From NCBI GenBank assembly GCA_963748825.1, contig CAVVKN010000007.1, positions 9,488 through 73,487 of the forward strand: a stretch of DNA of 64,000 nucleotides. Reading direction: 5' to 3'. This DNA comes from Methanotrichaceae archaeon (GTDB lineage Archaea; Halobacteriota; Methanosarcinia; Methanotrichales; Methanotrichaceae). The notes beneath the pieces are model-generated. The model did not search any database and was not told the origin of the DNA. It worked only from the letters and a program-made list of their open reading frames with translations. Shown here piece after piece: positions 18,252 through 27,697 of this stretch (position 1 is the first letter of the stretch; every line of letters starts with the position of its first letter). Made by a program: the position numbers and the translations under genes.

Positions 18252-18982
18252 GCCCTCTGCCCCTTCTTGCCCGGCTCAATCTTGATGGGCTTGGACTGCT
18301 CGGGCAGCTTGAGGTTGGTCAGCTTGCCCAGAGCTCTTTCCATGGCATCTTTGTGCAGGTCTCCTGAGGTGTGGATGCCTCCAGGAGTTCCGCGCACAGC
18401 GCGGCAGGGATACTGCTGGCAGAAGAGGCCGGTCATGGAAGCCGCCTCATCCACGGTCTTTCCCACTATGCCCGCCGCTGCATGCCAGGTGGCTCCGCAG
18501 GGCGAACCGCGCACCACTTTTACCTGGCTGATGCGCCCGTCCTTCGTCTCCACATCCAGCTCGGGCTTGCCAAGTTTCTGGGCAAACTCGTCGATGACTG
18601 GAACGCCGCACTCTTCCAGGGTGCAGCAGATCTCATCAACCTCGATATGTATGCCGTACTTCTCTGCGATCCTCTCCAGCTCGCCGATGGAGCCGGCCCG
18701 GCCGATGCCTCCGGGAATTATGGCAGCTTTGACTCCGCCGATCCCAGCCAGGCGCACGATCTCCGGAGTCAGGTCGGGATGGAAGGTATAGAGAATGAGC
18801 AGATCCGCCTGGAAGATCCTGGGATCAAGGTTTAGCTCTTTGACAAACTCTACCGGGTCCTCGATGAAGCCGGGCAGCACCTGGGGAACCTCGACGGATA
18901 CGACTGCAAAGTCCGTCCTGGTCTTGATGGTCTCTAAAAGGCGCTCGCCGTACTTTCCTCTCTTAACTACGCCAACCAGCAT
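18248..18982 (-). CDS. DUF166-family protein
   Basis: GKYGERLLETI, HPDL, EICCTL, VVRGSPCGATW and YPCRA motifs; first gene of an overlapping operon with the fumarase. Confidence 0.72.
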   Translation of the reverse strand: MLVGVVKRGKYGERLLETIKTRTDFAVVSVEVPQVLPGFIEDPVEFVKELNLDPRIFQADLLILYTFHPDLTPEIVRLAGIGGVKAAIIPGGIGRAGSIGELERIAEKYGIHIEVDEICCTLEECGVPVIDEFAQKLGKPELDVETKDGRISQVKVVRGSPCGATWHAAAGIVGKTVDEAASMTGLFCQQYPCRAVRGTPGGIHTSGDLHKDAMERALGKLTNLKLPEQSKPIKIEPGKKGQRA

Positions 18983-19033
18983 GCTAGAACATCCGCCAGG
19001 CGTGTTAATATCCTTGCCGGATAAAGGATAATT

Positions 19034-20377
19034 ATGAACCCATCAGATACAAAATCCATGATTCCGGCTTTCCTCATCGCGGGCACCCACAGCGGCGTGG
19101 GCAAGACCACGGTTACCCTGGGCCTCATGGCCGCACTTCGCGCCCGCGGCCTGAATGTACAGCCCTTCAAGGTCGGCCCGGACTTCATCGACCCGTCCCA
19201 TCATACCGCCGTATGCGGGCGGCCATCGCGCAATCTCGATCCTTTCATGATGGGCGAGGATGGCGTGCGACGCTCTTTCTGCTCAGCTCTCGCCGGAGCA
19301 GACGTAGCCGTGGTGGAGGGTGTCATGGGCCTTTACGACGGCATGGACGGAACCCAGGTCGCCAGCTCCGCAGAGGTAGCCAAGATCCTGGACCTTCCGG
19401 TTCTGTTAGTCATAAATGTGCATGGCATGTCGCGCAGCGCTGCAGCCATGGAGAAGGGCTTTGCGGAATTTGACCGAGGCGTGCACCTGGCCGGCACGGT
19501 TCTCAATCAGGTGGGAAGCGAGCGGCACCTGGCCATGCTGAAAAGCTGCATGGACAAGCCCGTCTTCGCCGCTCTGCCGCGGGAGAGGGAGATGGAGATG
19601 AAGAGCCGTCACCTGGGGTTGGTGATGGGCTTTGAAAAGGAGCACGATGTGCAAGCGTTGGCCGCGTTGCTGGAACGCCATGCCGCCATCGACGAAATAC
19701 TGAAGCTATGCGCACCGCCTTGTCCGGCTCTGGAGGAGAAAGCAGATGCCGAGAAATCCGTGCGCATAGGCATTGCCCAGGATGAAGCCTTCTGCTTTTA
19801 TTACTACGAGAACCTGCGCGAGCTGGAAAGACGCGGGGCAGAGCTGGTCTTCTTCAGCCCGCTAGAGGACGATCTGCCCGACGTGGACGGCCTTTACATC
19901 GGAGGAGGTTACCCGGAGCTACATGCCGCCCGGCTGGAGAACGCTCCCGCGAGACGACAGATCAAGCGGGCCTCGGAAGAGGGCATGCCCATCTATGGAG
20001 AGTGCGGCGGCCTGATGTACCTGGGCCATGCCATTGAGCAGGAGACTGGCACTTTTAGAATGGTGGGGGCACTGCCCGGCTCTACTATTATGACGAAACG
20101 ACTTGCAGCTCTGGGGTATGTCAAGGCAGAGGCAGTAGGACAAAATCCTGTTGCAGGGCTTGGCAAGACCCTTCGCGGGCACGAGTTTCATTACTCGCGC
20201 TTTGACTGCGACAGGGACGCTCGCTTCGCCTACCGGCTATGCAGAGGCAAAGGCATCAAGGACGGCTGGGACGGGCTGGTGGAGCATAACACCTTGGGCG
20301 GGTACCTGCATGCTCATTTCTATTCCTTTTCCGTTGACAGGTTCATAGAGAGCTGCAGGAACTACAGAAAAACATAG
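19034..20377 (+). CDS. cbiA: Cobyrinate a,c-diamide synthase
   Basis: IAGTHSGVGKTT, FKVGPDFIDP, VEGVMGLYDG, AFCFYY, GGGYPEL, GECGGLMYL, GHEFHYS and YLHAHF. Confidence 0.9.
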   Translation: MNPSDTKSMIPAFLIAGTHSGVGKTTVTLGLMAALRARGLNVQPFKVGPDFIDPSHHTAVCGRPSRNLDPFMMGEDGVRRSFCSALAGADVAVVEGVMGLYDGMDGTQVASSAEVAKILDLPVLLVINVHGMSRSAAAMEKGFAEFDRGVHLAGTVLNQVGSERHLAMLKSCMDKPVFAALPREREMEMKSRHLGLVMGFEKEHDVQALAALLERHAAIDEILKLCAPPCPALEEKADAEKSVRIGIAQDEAFCFYYYENLRELERRGAELVFFSPLEDDLPDVDGLYIGGGYPELHAARLENAPARRQIKRASEEGMPIYGECGGLMYLGHAIEQETGTFRMVGALPGSTIMTKRLAALGYVKAEAVGQNPVAGLGKTLRGHEFHYSRFDCDRDARFAYRLCRGKGIKDGWDGLVEHNTLGGYLHAHFYSFSVDRFIESCRNYRKT

Positions 20378-20705
20378 CTGGCAAAAAAGGACGTTATAAC
20401 AGTATGGAGAATGCCTCAAAGTGGATCACAAATAAGTATCTTCGTGAAGAAATCATTCGCGATTGGCTCATCGAAATCCGTTTTCTGAGAAATAGCCATT
20501 ATTCCAATTTAAAGAATAATTTTATTGAATATTTATATCCAAATGACGTGCAATTAAATGTGAAATACTATGTCTCATCGTTTTCTATTTAGTGAAAATA
20601 CTTTGATAATTGGTAAATACTCCTTGCATTCTAAGATATATAGATTCATTATGGAGAAAAGCTTAAATGCATATCCATGTGCACATAGGCCCATAAGCAA
20701 ATGGA

Positions 20706-20966
20706 GTGTTAACTATGAGCAAAATAACAAGCGGAATTGTGCTCTTCTCTCTCCTGATGGCCCTCTCTCTGGGAGTCGCCTTCGCTGAGTCTGAAGTTGC
20801 TGCAACTGAGAATGTAACTGAGAACGCCACGAACGTAACCAATATGACCAACGCCACAAATGTCACCATCATCACCAACGTCACCAATGTGATCAACGCT
20901 ACCAATGTCACCATCATCACCAACGAAACAAATGTGACCGTTGAAGCAAGCGAAGTAGCAAAGTAA
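20706..20966 (+). CDS. Small secreted protein made almost entirely of N-x-T tripeptides
   Basis: Signal peptide (LFSLLMALSLGVAFA) then 11 N-x-T sequons in about 45 residues; gaaaagcttaaat promoter-like element upstream. Confidence 0.75.
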   Translation: MLTMSKITSGIVLFSLLMALSLGVAFAESEVAATENVTENATNVTNMTNATNVTIITNVTNVINATNVTIITNETNVTVEASEVAK

Positions 20967-21003
20967 GCTATTATCGTAATCCGTCCCGTTGGGCGGAAAG
21001 CTG

Positions 21004-21035
21004 GGCAGGTTCTCCCTGCCGGTCATTTTTCTTTT
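21004..21035 (+). terminator. Hairpin plus T-rich tract downstream of the N-x-T gene
   Basis: ggcagg/cctgcc stem followed by tttttctttt. Confidence 0.45.
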
Positions 21036-21137
21036 GGCTTGCAGATTCACATTAATAGGTCCTATAAGTATAATTGAAGAATGCGAAGAAATTTTTAGAA
21101 AGGCTTATATTTTTCTGAGAATAGGATTGTTTGAGGT

Positions 21138-21845
21138 ATGAATATGAGAAGCATAAATGCGTTGATATTATTAACCGTACTGCTGACATTTTCGGCAGGC
21201 TCCGTCCTGGCACAGGATGCCATGAATGCCACAAATGCCATGAATGTCACAAATGACACTGTTGTCGCAGATGTCGCGCCCGTAGAAGAAGCTGCAGCTC
21301 CTCTGACGGAAACCGTGGAAGCGATTGAAGCTGCGCCACAAGAGACCGCATCAAGGTTCAAGCAGCTCTCCACCTTTGTTAAGGGAGCAACTACGGTCCT
21401 GGGAAAGAACACAGCTCAGGAATACATGGATGTGTCTAAGACCGCTAACCGAGATACAGTATTCACCCGTGATGCGGGCGCTTCCACTCCTGCCGTGAAG
21501 GTTGGCATCACCAAGGTAAACACGGCAGAAGACAAATATGTCCAGATAACCAACCAGGCAGTTGGATCCTGGGACTTGACTGGATGGACCCTGGCCTCGG
21601 CCGGAAACACCACCTTTACCTTCCCGGCGCTGACCCTGGAAGAGGAAAGCTCTGTGCGCGTTCATGAGGGTGAGGGAGTGGGCAGCAAGAGCAATATCTA
21701 CACCAACAGCTCTGCCCCCCTCTGGATCGATAACCTGGTATCCCTGCAGGATGCCGATGGAAGTATCATATCAACTTATGATGTCTCCACAGCTCCTGCA
21801 GTAGGCGCGTGGTTCGATCCACTGGCCAGGCAGATCCAATACTAG
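21138..21845 (+). CDS. Secreted lamin-tail-domain (LTD) protein
   Basis: Signal peptide; YVQITNQ...WDLTGWTL...FTFPA.TL...VRVH.G.G LTD pattern. Confidence 0.8.
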   Translation: MNMRSINALILLTVLLTFSAGSVLAQDAMNATNAMNVTNDTVVADVAPVEEAAAPLTETVEAIEAAPQETASRFKQLSTFVKGATTVLGKNTAQEYMDVSKTANRDTVFTRDAGASTPAVKVGITKVNTAEDKYVQITNQAVGSWDLTGWTLASAGNTTFTFPALTLEEESSVRVHEGEGVGSKSNIYTNSSAPLWIDNLVSLQDADGSIISTYDVSTAPAVGAWFDPLARQIQY

Positions 21846-21854
21846 ATTCCGTTG

Positions 21855-21886
21855 GCCGCAATTCTAGGGCGGCATATACCTTTTTT
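21855..21886 (+). terminator. Hairpin plus T6 between convergent genes
   Basis: gccgc/gcggc stem followed by tttttt. Confidence 0.4.
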
Positions 21887-21936
21887 AAACATTAGTTCAG
21901 AGCAACCGTTACAATGACAGTTGAACAAGCTGGCAT

Positions 21937-22674
21937 CTAGATGTAGACCGCCGTTCCTGGCTCTACGTTGATTATCTTTGTGCCACCCCTTTCAAAGAAC
22001 ATTGTCTTCGGGTAGTTGAACTGACCATCGTAGACCCGAATATCATGGTTCTGGTTGCCAACCACACTAAAGCTGAACCTTCCATCAAGCGGATCTCCAC
22101 CAGTTCCTTCGGTGCCTATGTAATTGCCATCCAGGAATATCTGATATCCTCTCATGCCTTGGGATACTATTGTGGCTGTGGAATCACCTGTGGTTGCAGC
22201 GGGAGACTGCGTGATTGTATATTTGGGTGCAGGAATTTGTGCGACTGGATAGGTAGCCGTTGGTCTTGGATAGACTCTTACGGAAGATTTTGTTTTTGCA
22301 TAATCCATAGTTTCTGCCCAGTTCTTTTGGAATGGCTCCCAATTCATTCCGGCTAAAGAATTCAATCTAAAGTCGGAATAATAAGGTGATGAATAAAATG
22401 GGTATACTCCATAAGGTCCTGGGTATGTGCCGTTCCTAAATTGATAAGGATAGGCATAATCTCTGAAAAACTCCGCGCCAAAGTAGGGATAGTATATCAT
22501 CTCAGAACTCTGGCGTTGGTTTGGGGAAAATATCGGATCTGTGAAGTATTGGGCGACATCACCGCTATAAGGTCCGACGTATCCTCCACCAAGCCATTCC
22601 TGTCCACAAGCAATACTAATCAGCAAGCATAAGGTTAACACTGCTATATACGGCAAAAATTTTCTATATATCAT
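21937..22674 (-). CDS. Secreted Tyr/Pro-rich protein with a C-terminal PEGA-like domain
   Basis: Signal peptide ending ISIACG; Y/P-rich middle; GYQIFLDGNYIG...HDIRV C-terminal pattern. Confidence 0.7.
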   Translation of the reverse strand: MIYRKFLPYIAVLTLCLLISIACGQEWLGGGYVGPYSGDVAQYFTDPIFSPNQRQSSEMIYYPYFGAEFFRDYAYPYQFRNGTYPGPYGVYPFYSSPYYSDFRLNSLAGMNWEPFQKNWAETMDYAKTKSSVRVYPRPTATYPVAQIPAPKYTITQSPAATTGDSTATIVSQGMRGYQIFLDGNYIGTEGTGGDPLDGRFSFSVVGNQNHDIRVYDGQFNYPKTMFFERGGTKIINVEPGTAVYI

Positions 22675-23031
22675 ACGATTTCACAAGATACCGTTATCAC
22701 TAATGGAATTTAACACTGCCTATATTCAGAAAAATTTTATCTGTTCATGGGCATCGTTATCCGAAAGAATATTATGAACGCAACAGGCTTGAGACAAGAA
22801 TTAGGCGATGTCGAGGCACTGGGAGGGACCCTTCATGCCTCGACTATCGCCCGGCTTTAGTTCGACGTTCAACGATATAAAGAATGTGCTTGACCCGAAT
22901 TTCGCTACAATTGATTTGTCCTGATACAGTGTTGCTGCACGGGGAAGGATGCATAAGAAGATGAGATTGCTGCAAGCCTGCGAATCCGAATGCAAATAGC
23001 GATTCCCATCAATCTAAATGCCATTGTTCTT

Positions 23032-23262
23032 TTACCATCTCGGTCCCGCCAAAGCCCGCTTCCCCAGATTTGTTAGTCCGGCCGCACATATGCCGTTGGG
23101 GAGGCTAGAATCCACCATATTCGTTTCGCTTTGGGTCTTGACATATCCCTGCATCTCCAAGACCCCAAGGCGTGCTCCAAGTTCTTCTGGATCAAGTTTT
23201 ACCAAAGAATTAATCCTATCCGCTTTTGGGTAGGGAACCTTGAGGTCAGCTATTGCTTTCAT
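23032..23262 (-). CDS. Small winged-helix-like protein (76 aa)
   Basis: LDPEELGARLGVLEMQGYVK helix-wing pattern and GLTNLGKRAL; gaggt RBS upstream. Confidence 0.6.
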   Translation of the reverse strand: MKAIADLKVPYPKADRINSLVKLDPEELGARLGVLEMQGYVKTQSETNMVDSSLPNGICAAGLTNLGKRALAGPRW

Positions 23263-23418
23263 GATCTCAAAATCGATAGTGTCCGTTGTTTATCACCTCG
23301 AGTTAATCATAGTGTAGCCCTGTTATAGTTATCGTTTCTTGTAAGTGTCCCGAATCTTCATTTGGGGTGGCGATTTTTGGTCGAAACGGTTTTATTGGAA
23401 GATGACCTCTTTTAATAC

Positions 23419-23574
23419 ATGGCTATCGAGAGAAGTATTAAGAACTTGATTTTGTTGGTTCTTGCAATCGTAATCGTTGCTTTCCTTTGGAGGACCATGT
23501 GGTTCCTGGGCGGATTGGCCTTATTCGCAATTGTGGTCTATTTCGTTTACCAGTTGCTCAAAGGCAACCTCTAG
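23419..23574 (+). CDS. Small two-TM membrane protein (51 aa), below the ORF-track cutoff
   Basis: Hand translation MAIERSIKNLILLVLAIVIVAFLWRTMWFLGGLALFAIVVYFVYQLLKGNL*. Confidence 0.65.
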   Translation: MAIERSIKNLILLVLAIVIVAFLWRTMWFLGGLALFAIVVYFVYQLLKGNL

Positions 23575-23845
23575 TTCGTCCACTTTTTATCGCAAAACAA
23601 AACGCGTTACCGACAGACAGATTGATCAGAATGAAAATCCCTAGGCGCGGTCTAGCTGATGAAGGACAAAAATAATCAGGATCTAGCGAGCAATTGCGGG
23701 ACTCAAAAAAGCGTAACATCCGGGTGTTATGGATAATTATGAACTTTTCTTTAGCAAATTTAAATAAAAAATATACCAAATATATATTAAGAGTCAATTC
23801 TTATTGTGGATTCAGGTTGATTGCATCTCTTAAAAAAATCCACAC

Positions 23846-23937
23846 GTGCTTTGTTTCCAAATAGGACTCCAGGCCATCGTGTCCCAGTTCTCGCCAGAGA
23901 CTGCTCTCCTTGCACCTGCCAAAGAGCGCTTGCAGGT
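23846..23937 (-). pseudogene. Degenerate copy of the 3' end of the aldehyde dehydrogenase gene
   Basis: 79/92 nt identical by hand alignment to 25921-26012; encodes LQALFGRCKESSLWRELGHDGLESYLETKH versus LQAPFGGWKESGLGRELGHYGLEAYLETKH. Confidence 0.9.
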
Positions 23938-23951
23938 GATTTGAATTCAAA

Positions 23952-24731
23952 TCAGGTCGAGCAAGGACACCATCTCTCCAGGCCAAGCAGATATGCGGCA
24001 CCTGCTGCGGTGGTCCCATAGAATACAACTCTTTTGTCTTGGCCGATGGCCGTTTCCATTAGATCAACAATGGTGCCGTTGGCAAGTGTCGATCCGGTTA
24101 TCAAGATGAGCGAGCAGCTCTCCAGCATCTCTCCTGCCTGCATTCCGTCCAGAACCCTCACATGGCAACGGACTGTTCCGGCCTCAGCCAGATCCGAGAC
24201 CATAACCCTTTCCGGACCGAGGGCCTGTACCAGGGCTTCGAGAAGCGCGGGCTGCAAACCTACCAGCCCCACCTTCCCCACGTCCTGTTCAATTATCCAT
24301 TTCGCCAATGAGGCTGCGCATCTCCTGGGTCCATCATCTCTGCAGTGAACCGTTTCTTCGATCTTTCCCAGATATCTGAGCACGGCATTCATGGTTGCGA
24401 TCAGCACAGCCCGCTCGAAGCTACCGCTAAGCGGCAGCTCCAACACATCACCTAGAGACCCGTGAAAGCCTCCCGTTGCTGCGGTGAACGCCTGCCCAAC
24501 AGCGCCTCTGTAGACGGCCTGCATGAGCACCTCTTTCCCCCTGATGATGGGAAAGTCCTTCCTGCCTGTATCTCCGATGGCCTCGGCGACGCTGAGAGGA
24601 CGGCTTACCACCAGTTCATCTCGCAGATTCACAGATTCGCAAACATTGCTTTGTGACTCAAGCTCTGCAATGAAGCGGCTCTTAGCCTCCTGCAGCAGAT
24701 CTTCTTTCAACATCTTAGCCTCAAGTTTCAT
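23952..24731 (-). CDS. DUF364-like Rossmann-fold protein (putative metal-chelation family)
   Basis: KEVLMQAVYRGAVGQAFT, RAVLIATMNAV, VGLVGLQPAL and LILITGSTLANGT motifs; ATG overlaps the modA stop. Confidence 0.75.
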   Translation of the reverse strand: MKLEAKMLKEDLLQEAKSRFIAELESQSNVCESVNLRDELVVSRPLSVAEAIGDTGRKDFPIIRGKEVLMQAVYRGAVGQAFTAATGGFHGSLGDVLELPLSGSFERAVLIATMNAVLRYLGKIEETVHCRDDGPRRCAASLAKWIIEQDVGKVGLVGLQPALLEALVQALGPERVMVSDLAEAGTVRCHVRVLDGMQAGEMLESCSLILITGSTLANGTIVDLMETAIGQDKRVVFYGTTAAGAAYLLGLERWCPCST

Positions 24732-25531
24732 CTCACCGGAATGAATCCGTATTTATCCAGGATGGCCTGACCCTCATTGGACATTATCAGATCGATGAAC
24801 GCCTGCGCCTCCTTTGCATATTTTGACTGCGAGAGCGCGCCCACCGGGAAATCTCCTATCACATTATATTTGTCGGGAATGAGAATCTTAGTGACCTTGC
24901 CCACCATCTGCGGGCTGACATCGGATATGAAGGCAAATCCCGCATCTGCTTCACCCAGGGCGACTTTGGAGACGACGCGGTTTACAGTGGTCTCCTGGGA
25001 GACGACATTGGCCAGGACCGACTCTTTGAAGACAGGGCCATATTCCGGGTCCGCGGCGAGCTTTTCCAGAACCTGAAGGGCATAATCCCCAGCAGGAAGC
25101 TCTTTGGTCCCCATTAAGATCTTGACACCAGGGACGGCCAGATCCTTCAGACCTGTGATGTTGGCTGGATTGCCATTGGGCACTATTATGGCAACTTTGT
25201 TCCGGACGAAGATCTCAACGGTTTTATTTTCGATGAAGCCTTCCGACTTCAAGGCATTCATGTGCTTGAGGTTTGCTGACACCAGAACGTCGGCATAGGC
25301 TCCCTGCTCAATCTGGGCGCGCAGAGCAGGCACACCGTCGAAGTTGAATCTTACGCTCATATTACTGTGGTTCTCGTAGATCTCGCCAATCTCATTCAAC
25401 GCCCCTGTAAGCCCGGCACCGCAAAAAACGGTAAGCTCTCGTTGCTCCTCGGCCAGACCCGCAGATGCATCCAGTAACAGGGCTGCAAGCAATGCAATAG
25501 ATATTAGATATGATATTCGATTATTGGTCAA
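24728..25531 (-). CDS. modA: Molybdate ABC transporter substrate-binding protein
   Basis: Signal peptide; TVFCGAGL, ADVLVSAN, LPAGDYA, V..VVSKVALGEADAGF..SD motifs. Confidence 0.9.
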   Translation of the reverse strand: MTNNRISYLISIALLAALLLDASAGLAEEQRELTVFCGAGLTGALNEIGEIYENHSNMSVRFNFDGVPALRAQIEQGAYADVLVSANLKHMNALKSEGFIENKTVEIFVRNKVAIIVPNGNPANITGLKDLAVPGVKILMGTKELPAGDYALQVLEKLAADPEYGPVFKESVLANVVSQETTVNRVVSKVALGEADAGFAFISDVSPQMVGKVTKILIPDKYNVIGDFPVGALSQSKYAKEAQAFIDLIMSNEGQAILDKYGFIPVR

Positions 25532-25902
25532 TGGTCATTCCCCCCGAACCACTTACTTTAATTTTTATGAAACCGCTTGCCGATTATGGCAGCCGCCATT
25601 TCAGATTATTATATTACAATCTCTTCCGGTCCTGGATCATCCAGACCCTCGGTTCCTGCCAGGTGGTATAGGCCGGGGACGTTCAATTTGCCTCCGGCCT
25701 TCGGTCATGCCAAAAGTTGGTGGACACAACTTTAAAATATGGCTCCATGAAGTGAAGTGCTTAATCTGTTCCATCGTCTTGACCTCGACTCACCTCCGTA
25801 AGCCAAAATGCCTGCTGATTATAAGGAATTATTTGAGAAGAAGGCGGCAAATTTCGGAATCATGCAGATGGATTATGAAAAGGTGTGAGCAGATAGGTGC
25901 GC

Positions 25903-27336
25903 TCACATCCCCAGGCGGATGTGCTTCGTTTCCAAATAGGCCTCCAGGCCATAGTGTCCCAGCTCTCGCCCAAGGCCGCTCTCCTTCCACCCACCAAAGG
26001 GCGCCTGCAGGTCCACCACGTTGTTCACATTGATCCCGATGCCTCCCGCCTCCAGACCCTCTGCGGCGCATAGCGCCATCTTGAGATCGTTGGTAAAGAT
26101 GTAAGCTGCGAGGCCGTACTCGCTGTCGTTAGCCAGGGCAATGGCCCCCTCAAGCGTCTTGAACTTCATAATCGGTGCCACCGGCCCGAAGGTCTCCTCT
26201 CGCATGACTCTCATGCTGTGGTCGGCCCCACCCAACACAGTGGGTCGGAAGAAGTAGCCCTTCTCATAAGCCTCGCCTTCCGGCTCCCGTCCGCCCGTGA
26301 GAAGCTCTGCCCCTTTTTCAATCGCATCGGCCACATGCCCCTGCGTCCTATCCCGCTGCGCCCGGCTGAACATGGGACCCAGGTCCACATCAGGCTCAAG
26401 GCCATTGCCGATCTTCAGCCGCTCGGCACGCTTCACAAGCTCCTCAGTGAACTGCTCGGCCACCTCCTGCGCCACATAAATTCTATTGACGCTGATGCAG
26501 ATCTGGCCCATGTTGGAGAAGGCACGCTGGGCGGCGGCAGCAGCCGCTGCCTCTAAATCGGCGTCCGGGCAAACGATAAAGGGCGACTGGCCACCCAGCT
26601 CCAGGGATACGCGCTTGATATGGGCTGCAGCGTGGGACATGATCCAACGACCGGTCCCTGTCTCACCGGTAAACGCAATCTTTCGGGAGATGGGATTTTC
26701 CACCAACTCTGCCCCCACCTCGCCGCCCGGCCCGTGAACCACATTGGCTGCGCCAGCCGGCAGTCCGGCATCGCAGACCGCCCTAACGAATTCAGTGGCG
26801 GCGAGAGGAGCGAGGCTGGGCGGCTTGGCCACGAAGGTGCAGCCCGCGGCAAGGCAGGGCGCGACCTTCCAGGCTAAAAGATCCACGGGAAAGTTCCAGG
26901 GGGTGATGAGAGCGGCGACGCCCACTGGCTGCCTCAGCACGATGCTTCTGCTGTGCGGAGAAGAAATCCATTCGCCAAAGTTTCGCTTGCCCTCTTCAGC
27001 GTAGTAGTCCAGGACATCCGCCGAGGAGAGGATTTCCATCCTGGCGTTCTTGAGGGGCTTGCCCTGCTCCAGAGTAAGCAGGCGTGCTATCTGTTCGGCT
27101 CGCTGCCGTACTAGGTCAGCAGCAGCGTGCAAGATCTTTGCTCGCTCCTGGCAGGAGGTTGCAGACCAGATGGGAAAAGCCCTCTTGGCCGCCTCCAGGG
27201 CCAGGCAAGCATCCTGGCGCGAGCCTACGGCGACTTCTGCCACAGGTTCCTGGTTAGCTGGATTATAGATGATCTCGACTTTGCCGGACAGGGAGATAAC
27301 CTGCTCTCCGTTGATAAGCATATGAGATTGGTGCAT
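25903..27336 (-). CDS. NAD(P)-dependent aldehyde dehydrogenase (succinate-semialdehyde dehydrogenase-like)
   Basis: ITPWNFP, AFTGETGTG, LELGGQSP, GQICISVN, EETFGPV and PFGGWKESGLGRE; start set at ATG 27336 after GAGGT. Confidence 0.93.
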   Translation of the reverse strand: MHQSHMLINGEQVISLSGKVEIIYNPANQEPVAEVAVGSRQDACLALEAAKRAFPIWSATSCQERAKILHAAADLVRQRAEQIARLLTLEQGKPLKNARMEILSSADVLDYYAEEGKRNFGEWISSPHSRSIVLRQPVGVAALITPWNFPVDLLAWKVAPCLAAGCTFVAKPPSLAPLAATEFVRAVCDAGLPAGAANVVHGPGGEVGAELVENPISRKIAFTGETGTGRWIMSHAAAHIKRVSLELGGQSPFIVCPDADLEAAAAAAAQRAFSNMGQICISVNRIYVAQEVAEQFTEELVKRAERLKIGNGLEPDVDLGPMFSRAQRDRTQGHVADAIEKGAELLTGGREPEGEAYEKGYFFRPTVLGGADHSMRVMREETFGPVAPIMKFKTLEGAIALANDSEYGLAAYIFTNDLKMALCAAEGLEAGGIGINVNNVVDLQAPFGGWKESGLGRELGHYGLEAYLETKHIRLGM

Positions 27337-27697
27337 AATGACCTCTTGGTAGTCATCGTCTAGCCACTTAAAGACTGTTATCTTAGATTTCGACAATATT
27401 ACCGTTTATCAATAGTTTGAGATCCAGGGAATGCAGAAATTAAGAAGGAATTACAGGACCCCAGCATAGAACTCAATTAATCTTCATTGGCATGGCCTTG
27501 GATTTGCTTGAAAAAAAGATGTCTTGCAGAACAAAATACTTATATCTCTTAAAAGGACTGATGTAATAAAGTAATTACATATGTTAAGGATCTGGATAGT
27601 ACGTCATCAGTATATTTCGAAAGAAGCTTGCAAGGAAATGGATGCAGCTTACAAGGCGAATCCGCGATGATGCAGTACTTATTGATGGATTGGTGGA

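Noticed and set aside
25540-25800. Moco/tungsten riboswitch-like leader or 45-aa ORF (25637..25774, minus) upstream of modA
   Set aside because: Only a short ctgga/tccag stem; I could not match the Moco riboswitch consensus, and the small ORF has an RBS but no recognisable features. An Infernal search would settle it.
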